Shown here: in pieces, positions 59,700-60,000 of the stretch
How positions within the stretch are numbered: the stretch's first letter is position 1
Layout of the letters: each line of letters opens with the position of its first letter
Notes under the pieces: model-generated
Told to the model about the DNA's origin: nothing
Seen by the model: the letters and a program-made list of their open reading frames with translations, nothing else
The model's database searches: none
From: Lama guanicoe
Lineage: Eukaryota
NCBI GenBank assembly: GCA_013239625.1
Contig: MU054117.1
Coordinates: 560,001 to 620,000 of the forward strand
Direction of reading: 5' to 3'
DNA: 60,000 nt
Position numbers and translations under genes: made by a program

Positions 59700-60000
59700 A
59701 GGGAACGTGCAGCATGGTGACCACGGTGAACGGGGCTGTACTGCCTCATTTGAAAGCTGCTAACAGAGAGGGTCTTTAAAAAGTTATTTATTTAAATGGA
59801 GCCACTGGGGATTGAACCCAGGACCTTGTGTGCGCTAAGCACACGCTCTGCCCCTCAGCTGTACCCCCACCCACCTGAGAGTGGATCTTAAAAGTTCTCA
59901 TCTCAAGAAAGAGCTTGTAACTGTGAGGGGACAGATGTTAACTGGACCTACTGGTACCGCTGCACAATGTGTGCAAATATGGAATCATTGCGTTGCTCAC
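59700..60000 (+). mobile_element. L1MA-like 3'UTR fragment, interrupted by a SINE
   Basis: CAGCATGGTGAC...TTTGAAAGCTGCTAA...GGATCTTAAAAGTTCTCATCTCAAGAAA...GATGTTAACT. Confidence 0.7.
59784..59872 (-). mobile_element. Camelid Vic-1-like tRNA-derived SINE
   Basis: Reverse complement GGGGTACAGCTGAGGGGCAGAGCGTGTGCTTAGCGCACACAAGGTCCTGGGTTCAATCCCCAGTGGCTCC-ATTTAAATAAATAA (A/B boxes); imperfect flanking repeats GAGAG..TCTT.AAAAGTT. Confidence 0.8.

Noticed and set aside
59784..59872. tRNA gene
   Set aside because: Degenerate cloverleaf, AT-rich tail and flanking duplication indicate a tRNA-derived SINE.

Overview
GC-rich mammalian genomic DNA, most likely a camelid (tRNA-derived Vic-1-like SINEs, cetartiodactyl-type L1s). 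Left to right: a ~7 kb block of L1/MIR/SINE relics; single-exon TMEM121B (CECR6, +), whose CDS is split by an apparent frameshift at ~10820-10830; an orphan CpG-island promoter (~15.5-16.3 kb); the complete 13-exon IL17RA gene (-; 2598-nt CDS, 865 aa, all junctions GT-AG, including a 12-nt micro-exon); a CCAAT/GC-box CpG island (~38.6-39.3 kb); an intact, highly divergent CONNEXIN-like ORF (40861-41664, +, 267 aa) that I cannot assign to any named GJ gene; and the last 8 coding exons plus ~5.9 kb 3'UTR of CACNA1C (-). The best candidate for a new system is the connexin. It keeps all six extracellular cysteines and the typical connexin gene layout but has lost most conserved charged residues, and it lies in the IL17RA-CACNA1C interval, whose flanking genes are on different chromosomes in human (22q11 / 12p13). 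Homology calls are from recall of family sequences; no database search was run.
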